A DNA stretch of 64,000 nt. Origin: Bacteroidaceae bacterium. GTDB lineage: Bacteria > Bacteroidota > Bacteroidia > Bacteroidales > Bacteroidaceae. The DNA lies in the NCBI GenBank assembly GCA_017559845.1, contig JAFYQQ010000017.1:20224-84223 (forward strand), read 5' to 3'. Each line of letters starts with the position of its first letter. Within the stretch, counting starts at the first letter, position 1. The translations under genes and the position numbers were made by a program. Shown piece by piece: positions 31,718 through 40,787 of this stretch. The notes under the pieces were generated by a model. That model was not told the origin of the DNA, made no database searches, and was given only the letters and a program-made list of their open reading frames with translations.

Positions 31718-34700
31718 ATGACACTGAAAGACACCTCCTTTGTAGACCTGATGCTACGCCGCGTATGTAACGTGCTACTTGTGGCAAACCCTTACGACGC
31801 CTTTATGTTGGAAGACGACGGACGTGTGGACGAAAAGATATTTTCGGAATACGCACGTCTGGGACTGCGCTTCCCCCCACGCTTCATACAGGTGGCAAGC
31901 CTACAGGAAGCGGAAATACAGATGGCAAGCGGAAACATCGACCTCATCATTTGTATGCCCGCCGCCGAGAACAACGACGTATTCCAGATTGCACGAACCA
32001 TCAAGGAAGAACATCCGCAAACCCCAATCGTAGTGCTGACTCCCTTCAGCCACGGTATTACCCGACGCATGAAGGACGAAGATCTGTCGGCATTTGAATA
32101 CGTGTTCTGCTGGTTAGGCAACACCGAACTGCTGCTTTCCATCATCAAACTGATTGAGGACAAGATGAACCTGGAGCATGATATTGAGAGCGCCGGCGTG
32201 CAGATGATTCTGGTGGTGGAAGACAGCATACGCTTCTATAGCAGCATCCTTCCCAGCCTGTACAAGTTTGTGCTGCAGCAAAGTATGGAATTTGCCTCGG
32301 AAGCGCTCAACACCTCGTTGGAAACCCTGCGCATGAGAGGACGTCCCAAGATTGTACTTGCCCGAAACTATGAAGAAGCATGGAACCTGTACACCCGTTT
32401 CTCCAACAACACATTAGGCGTCATCAGCGACTGCCGCTTCCCCATGAAGGCCGGCAGTACGGAAAAGAGCGAGGATGCGGGATTCAAACTGCTCTGTGCC
32501 ATACGCGCCAAAGACCCATACATTCCGCTCATCATGGACTCCAACGAAACGGAGAACGCCAAGCTGGCGGAACAATGCCACGCACACTTCATTGACAAGA
32601 ACTCGAAGAAGATGAGCGTGGATCTGCGCAACCGCGTGAACCGCTACTTCGGATTCGGTGACTTTGTCTTCAGAGATCCGAGCACCATGAAGGAAGTGGT
32701 GCGTGTGCGCAACCTGAAAGACCTGCAGAACAACATCATGACAGTTCCGGCAGAGAGTCTGCTCTACCACCTCACCCACAACAACGTGAGCCGTTGGCTT
32801 GCCAGCCGCGCCCTCTTCCCTATTGCGGAGTTCCTGAAAGAGATTACCTGGGAATCATTACAGGACGTGGACGCACACCGACAAATCATTCTGGATGCCA
32901 TTGTGGCGTACCGCAGGATGAAGAACCAGGGTGTGGTGGCGGTGTTCCAACGCGAGCGCTTTGACAAATACAGTAACTTCGCACGTATCGGTGAGGGTTC
33001 GTTAGGCGGAAAGGGACGCGGCCTGGCCTTCATCGATCACATTCTGAAACGCCATACCGACCTGAACAGCCAGCCAGGCGTACATGTGAGAATTCCGAAG
33101 ACCGTGGTGCTGTGTACCGATGTCTTTGACGAATTCATGGACACAAACGAACTTTACTTCACCGCGTTGAGCGATCTGCCCGACGAAGAGATACTGAAAC
33201 AGTTCCTACGTTCCAGACTGCCCATGCGCCTGCTGGCCGACCTTGAAGCCTTTCTGCAAGTGGTGGACCAACCCATCGCCATCCGAAGCAGCAGCCTGCT
33301 GGAAGACAGCCATTACCAACCCTTTGCCGGCGTGTACAGCACTTACATGATACCGTACATCAGCGACAAGTACGACCGTCTGTCCATGTTGTCCAACGCC
33401 ATCAAGGCGGTCTATGCCAGCGTGTTCTACCGCAGCAGCAAGGACTACATGACCGCCACCAGCAACGTGATTGACCAAGAAAAGATGGCCATCATCCTGC
33501 AAGAAGTGGTGGGCAAGCAGCACGACACACGTTTCTATCCCGTCATCAGCGGTGTGGCACGCAGCATCAACTATTATCCCATCGGCGATGAAAAGGCCGA
33601 AGAGGGCACCGTAAACCTGGCTTTGGGACTGGGTAAATACATTGTGGACGGCGGACAGAGTCTGCGCGTAAGCCCAGCACACCCCAATCAGGTGCTGCAA
33701 ATGAGCGAAATGGAAATGGCACTGCGCGACACGCAAACGCATTTCCTGGCGCTGGACATGGCGAAGATGGAAAACGGCGTGCTGGATTTCCAGAAGGACG
33801 ACGGTTTCAACCTGCGTAAGTGGTCGGTGCGCGATGCCGAGCCAGACGGAACGCTGCAATGGATATGCAGCACATTCGACCCCGTGGACCAGTGTATATA
33901 CGATGGTTACTATGAGGGCCGCAACCGCAAGATTATATCCTTTGCCGGTGTGTTACAGAATGGTGTGTTCCCACTGCCCGAACTGATGCAGAAGGTACTG
34001 AAGTATGGCCAGGACGAGATGCAGCGCCCGGTGGAGATTGAATTTGCCGTAAACCTAAACGCCGACAAGACTGGCGAATTCTTCCTGCTACAGATACGTC
34101 CCATGGTGGACAACCGCATGGAGCTGAACGAAGACCTGTCACAAGTGCCGGACGAAGAATGTATCCTGCGTTCGCACAGCGCCATCGGGCATGGTGTGTT
34201 CAACGAGGTGGAAGACGTGGTATATGTGAAGACCGAAGACTACACCCCCAACAACAACCCTGCCATTGCTGACGAAATAGAATACATCAACCGCTACTTC
34301 ATCAACCGACGCAACACGCCGACTGACGGAGAGGAAGGGGTACGCGAATCCTACCTGCTCATCGGCCCCGGCCGATGGGGAAGCAGCGACCCCTGGCTTG
34401 GTATTCCCGTAAAGTGGCCCCACATCAGTGCGGCACAGGTCATTGTGGAAGCCGGACTGGACAACTATCAGGTGGACCCCAGTCAGGGTACCCACTTCTT
34501 CCAGAACCTCACCAGTCTGGGCGTCTGCTATCTGACCATAGACGCTTTCCGCGGTGACGGTATCTACCGCAAGGAGGTGTTCGATGCCCTGCCTGCCGTG
34601 CAAGAGACCAAACATGTGCGGCACGTAAGAATGCCCCGTCCCATGACCATCAAGGTGGACGGACGGCACAAGGAGGCGGTGGTTTTGAAAGACCCTCCCC

Positions 34701-34729
34701 CCTGCCCCTCCCTCTATGGAGGGGAGTAA
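31718..34729 (+). CDS. receiver-like domain(s) fused to a PEP/pyruvate-binding (PPDK_N ATP-grasp) domain protein, 1003 aa
   Basis: REC-like segment (ILVVEDSIRFYS...LGVISDCRFPMKAG). PPDK_N-like EGSLGGKGRGLAFI, IRSSSLLEDS, VARSINYYP. The last 13 codons are supplied by the C-rich repeat. Confidence 0.7.
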   Translation: MTLKDTSFVDLMLRRVCNVLLVANPYDAFMLEDDGRVDEKIFSEYARLGLRFPPRFIQVASLQEAEIQMASGNIDLIICMPAAENNDVFQIARTIKEEHPQTPIVVLTPFSHGITRRMKDEDLSAFEYVFCWLGNTELLLSIIKLIEDKMNLEHDIESAGVQMILVVEDSIRFYSSILPSLYKFVLQQSMEFASEALNTSLETLRMRGRPKIVLARNYEEAWNLYTRFSNNTLGVISDCRFPMKAGSTEKSEDAGFKLLCAIRAKDPYIPLIMDSNETENAKLAEQCHAHFIDKNSKKMSVDLRNRVNRYFGFGDFVFRDPSTMKEVVRVRNLKDLQNNIMTVPAESLLYHLTHNNVSRWLASRALFPIAEFLKEITWESLQDVDAHRQIILDAIVAYRRMKNQGVVAVFQRERFDKYSNFARIGEGSLGGKGRGLAFIDHILKRHTDLNSQPGVHVRIPKTVVLCTDVFDEFMDTNELYFTALSDLPDEEILKQFLRSRLPMRLLADLEAFLQVVDQPIAIRSSSLLEDSHYQPFAGVYSTYMIPYISDKYDRLSMLSNAIKAVYASVFYRSSKDYMTATSNVIDQEKMAIILQEVVGKQHDTRFYPVISGVARSINYYPIGDEKAEEGTVNLALGLGKYIVDGGQSLRVSPAHPNQVLQMSEMEMALRDTQTHFLALDMAKMENGVLDFQKDDGFNLRKWSVRDAEPDGTLQWICSTFDPVDQCIYDGYYEGRNRKIISFAGVLQNGVFPLPELMQKVLKYGQDEMQRPVEIEFAVNLNADKTGEFFLLQIRPMVDNRMELNEDLSQVPDEECILRSHSAIGHGVFNEVEDVVYVKTEDYTPNNNPAIADEIEYINRYFINRRNTPTDGEEGVRESYLLIGPGRWGSSDPWLGIPVKWPHISAAQVIVEAGLDNYQVDPSQGTHFFQNLTSLGVCYLTIDAFRGDGIYRKEVFDALPAVQETKHVRHVRMPRPMTIKVDGRHKEAVVLKDPPPCPSLYGGE
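34691..34726. repeat. C-rich hairpin element, copy inside the 3' end of the CDS
   Basis: GACCCTCCCCCCTGCCCCTCCCTCTATGGAGGGGAG followed by TAA. Translated as DPPPCPSLYGGE. Confidence 0.8.
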
Positions 34730-34758
34730 AATCCTAAATATAAATAAAACGAATTAAC

Positions 34759-35544
34759 ATGAAGCACAAGAATGTAAGTTTTCTGCTATGTCTGGCCATG
34801 CTCTTCGGTGTGCTGTGCCAGACTGAGGCCAAAGAGCCGAAGTACAAACTGATTTGGAAAGAGGATTTCAACGGCAACCGAATCAATGAAAAGTATTGGA
34901 GCAAGATTCCACGTGGAGGTTCGGAATGGTCTGTCCATCTGTCAGACCATCCTTCGCTATATGAATTGAAGAAAGGTAAACTGATGCTGCACGGTGTACA
35001 GAACAATGGCATTCTGCCCAACGACACCGCCGACTACTTAACCGCCGGTATTTATACCAAGGACAAGTTTACCGTGGGTTACGGAAAAGTGGAAGTACGC
35101 ACCAAACTGGAAGGTGCACAGAGCGCATGGCCCGCCATCTGGATGCTCCCTCAGGGCGGAAGATGGCCCCAAGACGGTGAGGTGGACATCATGGAACGTC
35201 TGCACAAGCATGACTACATCCATCAGACGGTACATTCCAACTACACAGAGGTGGAGAAGGAGATAAAGAACCCACCCTACGGTGCTACGCCCAAGTGTAA
35301 CCCCGATGCGTTCAATGTCTATGCCGTGGAGATTCTGCCAGACAGCCTGGTGTTCTCCATCAACGGCAAACCCACATTCACCTATCCCAACATCCACAAG
35401 GAAGGGCAGTATCCCTTTGGCACACCCTACTTCCTGCTGATTGACATGCAGATTGGCGCCACATGGATGGAAGCGCCTGACCCCAACGACTATCCCATCA
35501 AAATGACAGTAGACTGGGTGAAGGTATACGAACTGGAACAGTAA
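34759..35544 (+). CDS. GH16 family beta-glucanase (laminarinase/licheninase-like), secreted
   Basis: 261 aa with a signal peptide. Catalytic ExDxxE motif GEVDIMERL and WPAIWMLP. Confidence 0.85.
   Translation: MKHKNVSFLLCLAMLFGVLCQTEAKEPKYKLIWKEDFNGNRINEKYWSKIPRGGSEWSVHLSDHPSLYELKKGKLMLHGVQNNGILPNDTADYLTAGIYTKDKFTVGYGKVEVRTKLEGAQSAWPAIWMLPQGGRWPQDGEVDIMERLHKHDYIHQTVHSNYTEVEKEIKNPPYGATPKCNPDAFNVYAVEILPDSLVFSINGKPTFTYPNIHKEGQYPFGTPYFLLIDMQIGATWMEAPDPNDYPIKMTVDWVKVYELEQ
35416..35544 (+). repeat. direct repeat copy 1 (functional 3' end of GH16)
   Basis: 35416-35525 is identical to 37030-37139 (110 nt). The next 19 nt, through the stop codon, are similar but diverged. Confidence 0.9.
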
Positions 35545-35558
35545 AGACCCTTTATAAA

Positions 35559-35622
35559 AAGTGCGATAGTTTACCAAAGTATGTTTTATACCCACATTTG
35601 GTAAACTATCGCACTTCTTTTT
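35559..35622. terminator. 20-bp-stem hairpin between the GH16 and ATPase genes
   Basis: AAGTGCGATAGTTTACCAAA / TTTGGTAAACTATCGCACTT with an 18-nt loop, then CTTTTT. A-rich on the other side, so it could terminate both convergent genes. Confidence 0.7.
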
Positions 35623-35704
35623 CATCAAAAACAACCTCGGAAGAACCTCATTGCGATGATTTCCTCTTATGGTCTAAAACGTGACCATATTGAGAACACC
35701 CTTG

Positions 35705-36874
35705 CTAATAGGTTAATCCAAACTGCCAAAGAGGAACAATATTGCCGTATCCCGTCTCAATATCATCCTTAACGACATAGCCTTGCTCTACATTTTGTAT
35801 CTGCTTCTGCTTTTTCTTCTTACCACCAACCTCAAAGGTGTATCTATCAGTTACGAGGAAGTCTGAGACAAGAGAGGATGCGATGTCGTGGGAAACCCTC
35901 ATCTGATTAAAAAAGAAAGTCTCACGAATGGTACCTATCTCTGTATTCTCTTTTCCTAATACATATATCAATGTGGGATTATCAAGATAGACTTTATCCA
36001 CTCTTCCAAGTCCTTGTATGCCACCAGTACTGTCACGAAGCTGACCTATTAGTCCCGCCTTCTCCAACCATGCACAAAGATCGGCAATATTATTACGTGA
36101 AACCTCCAACTGCCCCCCAAGCTGTGTAAAGTTCGGCTTAAAGGGTGCCGCTTGGGCTATGATGGCCAGTAGTCGCTTCAGTTTTCTGATAGTGGCTGGT
36201 GTAAGGTCGGCATACTGAGCTATATCTACTTCAAGTGTGGTATTTACCATCTGCATGATATAACGTTCAATGTTATCATCCCTGAAAGGATAATATCCCC
36301 GCTTCAGATAGTCGGTAAAATGCTGAAGAGGCAGGAATCCACGTGGCAACACAACCTCCTGAGCGAGAATCTGATGAAGATTGTAAATAGGCAACTCTAT
36401 CTGATGAAACAATTCAAGATACTCACGATATGAGAGACCTTGCATCTCAAAAGTCAGAACACGACGGCTTAAATCAGCTACGCCTTTGGATATATCAAGG
36501 ATGGAAGAGCCCGTGAAGAACACATGCAGTTCTGAATGATAGTCGTAGATAAGTTTCAGTTCGCGCGACCATCCTTTGTACTTATGAATCTCGTCGATGA
36601 AGAGGTACTTGCCACCCATACGTGCAAAGGCATCGGCCAGGTCAACCAGTGTGTGGGTTGAAAAATACAAATCTTCTGCAACCACATAGAGCGTTTCCTT
36701 TCGTGGCAGATTCTCCTTGATGTATTGCAGCACCATAGTGGTTTTTCCCACTCCACGAGGACCCAGTAGTCCTACGACACGCGCCTGCCAGTCTATACGA
36801 TCATACATATAACGATGAAACGTGGAAGTCGTTTCACGCAGCAGTTTATCAAATGTGGCTTGTAATCTCTCCAT
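35705..36874 (-). CDS. AAA-family ATPase (AAA_14 / DUF4143-type)
   Basis: ATG at 36874 (MERLQATFDKLL...) preferred over TTG 36934. Walker A LLGPRGVGKTT, Walker B YLFIDEIHKY. By eye, lower G+C than the flanks. Confidence 0.8.
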   Translation of the reverse strand: MERLQATFDKLLRETTSTFHRYMYDRIDWQARVVGLLGPRGVGKTTMVLQYIKENLPRKETLYVVAEDLYFSTHTLVDLADAFARMGGKYLFIDEIHKYKGWSRELKLIYDYHSELHVFFTGSSILDISKGVADLSRRVLTFEMQGLSYREYLELFHQIELPIYNLHQILAQEVVLPRGFLPLQHFTDYLKRGYYPFRDDNIERYIMQMVNTTLEVDIAQYADLTPATIRKLKRLLAIIAQAAPFKPNFTQLGGQLEVSRNNIADLCAWLEKAGLIGQLRDSTGGIQGLGRVDKVYLDNPTLIYVLGKENTEIGTIRETFFFNQMRVSHDIASSLVSDFLVTDRYTFEVGGKKKKQKQIQNVEQGYVVKDDIETGYGNIVPLWQFGLTY

Positions 36875-37029
36875 AAATGACTGATGATGTGATTTTAGCA
36901 CAAAGATATACAAAACCTCTGAATATGCACTCAAAAAAATGCAATTATCTCACAAAAACGCACTAAACACAGTGCAAAGTGCCCATAAAGTTGCACTATA
37001 AAGGGTGCGAAACTTAGATAATAGACATA

Positions 37030-37158
37030 TTTGGCACACCCTACTTCCTGCTGATTGACATGCAGATTGGCGCCACATGGATGGAAGCGCCTGACCCCAA
37101 CGACTATCCCATCAAAATGACAGTAGACTGGGTGAAGGTCTATGAACTGGAAAAATAA
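37030..37158 (+). pseudogene. orphan 3' fragment of the GH16 gene (direct repeat copy 2)
   Basis: Encodes ...GTPYFLLIDMQIGATWMEAPDPNDYPIKMTVDWVKVYELEK* with no upstream part of the gene. Followed by its own terminator. Confidence 0.85.
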
Positions 37159-37168
37159 TTTATAAAAC

Positions 37169-37218
37169 ATGCGGAAAGACAAATAAAGGCCAAATTCTTT
37201 CCGCATTTCATTTTTTTT
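37169..37218 (+). terminator. intrinsic terminator after the GH16 relic
   Basis: ATGCGGAAAG / CTTTCCGCAT stem followed by TTCATTTTTTTT. Confidence 0.75.
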
Positions 37219-37221
37219 AAA

Positions 37222-37229
37222 TAATTTTG
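37222..37229 (+). promoter_or_regulatory. candidate -7 element TAATTTTG for the B12 operon
   Basis: TAnnTTTG match about 10 nt upstream of the riboswitch P1. Confidence 0.45.
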
Positions 37230-37235
37230 CAAACG

Positions 37236-37400
37236 AATCAACGGTTAAGGGAATCAGGTGAAAGTCCTGAACTGTCCCGCAGCTGTAAGTCTCGTTACAT
37301 TCCGAACGACATATTTGAGCCACTGGTAATACCGGGAAGGTGGTCGGACGGAAGAGACAAGTCAGAAGACCTGCCGTATATGATTTGCCAAGGCAAGTTT
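37236..37400 (+). promoter_or_regulatory. cobalamin (AdoCbl) riboswitch
   Basis: Core AAGGGAATCAGGTGAAAGTCCTGAACTGTCCCGCAGCTGTAAG ... GAGCCACTGG ... GGGAAGG ... and B12 box AGTCAGAAGACCTGCC. P1 is ACGG (37241)/CCGT (37374-37377). Followed by B12 transport genes. Confidence 0.88.
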
Positions 37401-37447
37401 CACGAACCGAGGAGAACGTGTATAACTATTTTAATTCATATTTCAAG

Positions 37448-38188
37448 ATGAAAGCATTACGACTTTTTGTATGCCTGCAGTGTGTAGGCATGCTGGCTGC
37501 GTCATGCAGCAACGACGAGAACGAGAGAAGGATTGAAACCGTCACTTTTGAAGGCGAATACTGGAATTTGCTGATTGACAACACCCAGTATGGCGGTCCG
37601 CTGCTCTACGGCAACCTGGCCTCTGCCTATCGGTGGATTGACGAAGGAACCCACCTGAGCGGCGGCATGACCAATGCCTGGGGCGGAGACTATGGATACA
37701 CCGAAGGCGGTATCGCCATAAGCAACTATGTAAGCAACGACTTTGAGCACCACAACGACTTCACCCACCAGCTGGAAGCGCCCTCTACCGTGGGTGGGAA
37801 GAACTTTGCCATGGTTTACTGTGCCACACAGGATGAGAACCTCACCACGCTGAGCATTCTGGACGACAAGCCTCATGTGGTCCGTTCCATGCAGATCTGC
37901 CCTTCCACCTATGTGATAGGAGCGGCCAAATACGGAACCGACTTTTGCAAAGCCCTTACCGGCAAAGATGACTTCCTCACCCTCCACATCACGGCAGACA
38001 ACGGTGCCTCCATGCAGGTCAACCTGGTGGAAAATGGTCAGATACAAACCTCATGGAAGGAAATCAGTCTGAAGGAGCTGGGCGCAATACGTTCACTCAG
38101 TTTCAGCATGACCGGCAGCGACAGCTCCGAATGGGGGCTGAACACACCGGCCTACTTTGCCATAGACAACATTGTAGTTGAATTATAA
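37448..38188 (+). CDS. DUF4465-like surface lipoprotein of the B12 locus
   Basis: ATG 37448 (MKALRLFVCLQCVGMLAASCSNDE lipobox), since the 37340 ORF start would overlap the riboswitch. C-terminal SSEWGLNTPAYFAIDNIVV resembles DUF4465 (from memory). Confidence 0.7.
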   Translation: MKALRLFVCLQCVGMLAASCSNDENERRIETVTFEGEYWNLLIDNTQYGGPLLYGNLASAYRWIDEGTHLSGGMTNAWGGDYGYTEGGIAISNYVSNDFEHHNDFTHQLEAPSTVGGKNFAMVYCATQDENLTTLSILDDKPHVVRSMQICPSTYVIGAAKYGTDFCKALTGKDDFLTLHITADNGASMQVNLVENGQIQTSWKEISLKELGAIRSLSFSMTGSDSSEWGLNTPAYFAIDNIVVEL

Positions 38189-38196
38189 TTATAATA

Positions 38197-39300
38197 ATGT
38201 ATATCAAATACCTGCTACTGACGCTCCTATCCGCCCTGTACGCCTGCAACGGTGTGGATGAAGGCAACGTGGAAGAAGAATTTCAGCACACCGGCAAGGG
38301 CGTATTCATCCTAAACGAAGGCAACTACAACAGCGGAAACAGCACGCTGTCCTATTATTCACCGGAAAGCAAGACGGTGGAGAACGGCATCTTCCTGCGT
38401 GCCAACGACCGCAAGTTGGGCGACACCGGACAATCCATGACGCTGCACAACGGCACACTGTACATTGCCATGGAGAACAGCGGCATCGTATGGGGCATTG
38501 ATGCGGAGACCTTCCGTGTGAAAGGACAGCTCACCGCATCGCAGACCAGCCACATGATCAACCCGCGCTTTGTCCACATCGTCAATAGGGAGAAAGCCTA
38601 TATCAGCGACCTGTATGCACCATACATCACGGTGTTCAACCCCACAACATTCCAATCCATAGGCAGCATACACACCGGACAACCTTCGGCCAACGGATAC
38701 AGCAGTACGGAAAACATGGTGCAACACGGCCACCGTGTGTTTACCAACTGCTGGAGCTACAGCAACAGGATTCTTGCCATTGACACCCGGACAGACGAGA
38801 TATGCGACAGCCTCACCCTGGGCAGCTGGCAGCCCAAGAGCATGGTGGTGGACGCCCGCGGCAAGCTGTGGGTACTGACCGACGGCGGATATTATACGGG
38901 AGACGAGAGCTTTGGCGACAACATTCCCCATCTGTACCGCATTGACGCCAACACACTGGAGATTGAGCAGGAGCAAGCACTGGACGCAGACGACGCCAAC
39001 GTGCAGATTGCCACCAACCCAGACAAGACGGTGCTGTACATCGTAAACAACGACATCTACCGCATGCAAATCACTGACGAGCATCTGCCTGTACGCCCCT
39101 TTATCTGCGCTCCCACCGACAGCAAGGGAAACCGACACAAACTCTATGCCATAGGGGTGCATCCCCAAAACGGGGAAATCTATGTGGCCGATGCCGTAGA
39201 CTACAGCCAGTCCGGCACCGTCTACCGCTACTCGGCTGATGGAAAACCTATAGACCAGTTCCGCACAGGCATCAACCCTAACGGATTTGCATTCAAATGA
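38197..39300 (+). CDS. beta-propeller-like (YncE/DUF5074-type) lipoprotein; candidate BtuG-type corrinoid-capture protein
   Basis: Lipobox LSALYACNG. GVFILNEGNYNSGNSTLSYY motif. Repeated blade-like segments. Position between the riboswitch and the TBDT. Confidence 0.6.
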   Translation: MYIKYLLLTLLSALYACNGVDEGNVEEEFQHTGKGVFILNEGNYNSGNSTLSYYSPESKTVENGIFLRANDRKLGDTGQSMTLHNGTLYIAMENSGIVWGIDAETFRVKGQLTASQTSHMINPRFVHIVNREKAYISDLYAPYITVFNPTTFQSIGSIHTGQPSANGYSSTENMVQHGHRVFTNCWSYSNRILAIDTRTDEICDSLTLGSWQPKSMVVDARGKLWVLTDGGYYTGDESFGDNIPHLYRIDANTLEIEQEQALDADDANVQIATNPDKTVLYIVNNDIYRMQITDEHLPVRPFICAPTDSKGNRHKLYAIGVHPQNGEIYVADAVDYSQSGTVYRYSADGKPIDQFRTGINPNGFAFK

Positions 39301-40787
39301 AAAGATTCATAACCCGTCTCATTCTTCTTGTCCTGTGCGCATCGTGGATTTGCGCCTGCCAGGAAGATACGCCCAAAGGCCACCTTCCCACCATCAGATG
39401 GGAAGAGACCTCGCGCAGATTCCGCATACAGGCCGGAGAAGCCCTTACCCTGATTCCCATCGTGGGATACACGGACACACAGACCGCCTACGCATGGAGC
39501 ATCGAGGGCGAAACGGTGTGCAAGGAAGCGGAATACACCTTCACCACGTCCATACCGGGCACATACTTCATTCTGTTGCGCGTAAGCAACGCTTTCGGTA
39601 CCACCGAAGATGAGGTAAAGATTACGGTAAGCGAAAAAGACCCCTCGCAGACCACGCCCGAACTTCCGCCAAACGACGGGAAGTTCAGATGGTACTTTGC
39701 ACAAACCGTATTCCATGTGAGCCAAGGACGGAGCATCCGCATCTGCCCTTCATGGATTGAGAACGGAGAAGGTGCAAGTTACCGTTGGACGCTGAACGGA
39801 ACCGAAACGCAGGAGGATACGGAGAAACCCTGCTTCATCTTTACCGCCGCAGAGGAAGGAAACCAGAAACTGTTACTTACAGCGCAACTGGATTCCGTAT
39901 CCAAGACACAGGAGTTCAATATAACGGTATGTCCCCCCGAGGGATCTTTCCGCCGAGAAGCATCGGCCTCCAGCCGTGCAGAAGCAAACCAGGTATATGC
40001 CTACCGTCCCGCGCCGGGTGCCATGGTAAACGGCTACAAGATCATTGGACCGGGATTTCCTCCGGGCTGCACACACGAAGAGGCCTGCGACACAGTATTG
40101 AGCCACCTGAACCGCCAATGGATGACCAGTCTGGGTGGATGGGGCGGCTATCTGATTGTCGGTTTCGACCACAGCATAACGAACAGCGGCGAATACGACC
40201 TTTGCATAAAGGGGAACCCATACAATTACCAGTCGGAGCCCGGCATCATCTGGGTGAGCCAGGATGAGAACGGCGACGGACAGCCCAACGACACATGGTA
40301 CGAGTTGGCAGGGTCGGAATACGGCACGGCAAACTGGGAAGCCGACTATGCCATGACCTATCACCGTCCATCGCAGCCCTACTCTGCTGTGGCATGGCAA
40401 GACAAACACGGAGAGACAGGCCTCATCCCCTATCTGAGTTACTGGAATCCCGAACCCTCATACTGGCAAGACTGGATGGAAGGCGAGACACTGACCTTCC
40501 ACGGCAGCCGTCTGGCCAGCAAGCACAGTTATGAAAACGGAGTGAGCAAGTTGCCCGCCTATCCCTGGGGCTATGCGGACAACGACGGAAGCGACAACAC
40601 CAGCACACCGATTGGCAAGGCCGGACTGTTCAAGATAAGCCATGCACGCAACTGGGAAGGACGCGAGGCCAAGCTGGCGTATATTGACTTTGTTAAGGTG
40701 CAGAGCGCACAAACCGGCTATACGCCCAATCTGGGCGAAATCTCCACGGAGGTATATTACATCGGCGACTATCATCTGATGAAATGA
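39297..40787 (+). CDS. PKD/Ig-like-domain lipoprotein of the B12 locus
   Basis: ATGA overlap with the upstream gene. Lipobox SWICACQED. Two Ig/PKD-like segments (AYAWSIEGE...GTYFILLRVSNAFGTTEDEVKITV; YRWTLNG...LLLTAQLDSVSKTQEFNITV) plus a C-terminal globular domain. Confidence 0.6.
   Translation: MKRFITRLILLVLCASWICACQEDTPKGHLPTIRWEETSRRFRIQAGEALTLIPIVGYTDTQTAYAWSIEGETVCKEAEYTFTTSIPGTYFILLRVSNAFGTTEDEVKITVSEKDPSQTTPELPPNDGKFRWYFAQTVFHVSQGRSIRICPSWIENGEGASYRWTLNGTETQEDTEKPCFIFTAAEEGNQKLLLTAQLDSVSKTQEFNITVCPPEGSFRREASASSRAEANQVYAYRPAPGAMVNGYKIIGPGFPPGCTHEEACDTVLSHLNRQWMTSLGGWGGYLIVGFDHSITNSGEYDLCIKGNPYNYQSEPGIIWVSQDENGDGQPNDTWYELAGSEYGTANWEADYAMTYHRPSQPYSAVAWQDKHGETGLIPYLSYWNPEPSYWQDWMEGETLTFHGSRLASKHSYENGVSKLPAYPWGYADNDGSDNTSTPIGKAGLFKISHARNWEGREAKLAYIDFVKVQSAQTGYTPNLGEISTEVYYIGDYHLMK

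Noticed and set aside
35038-35634. 198-aa minus-strand ORF, and the 130-aa minus-strand ORF at 36931..37323, which share an identical peptide block
   Set aside because: The shared block (DLHPVYCHFDGIVVGVRRFHPCGANLHVNQQEVGCAK) is the antisense translation of the duplicated GH16 3' end. It is evidence for the DNA repeat, not for genes.
37340-37447. Upstream extension of the first B12-locus ORF
   Set aside because: It would be translated through the cobalamin riboswitch aptamer. The ATG at 37448 yields a standard lipoprotein signal peptide.
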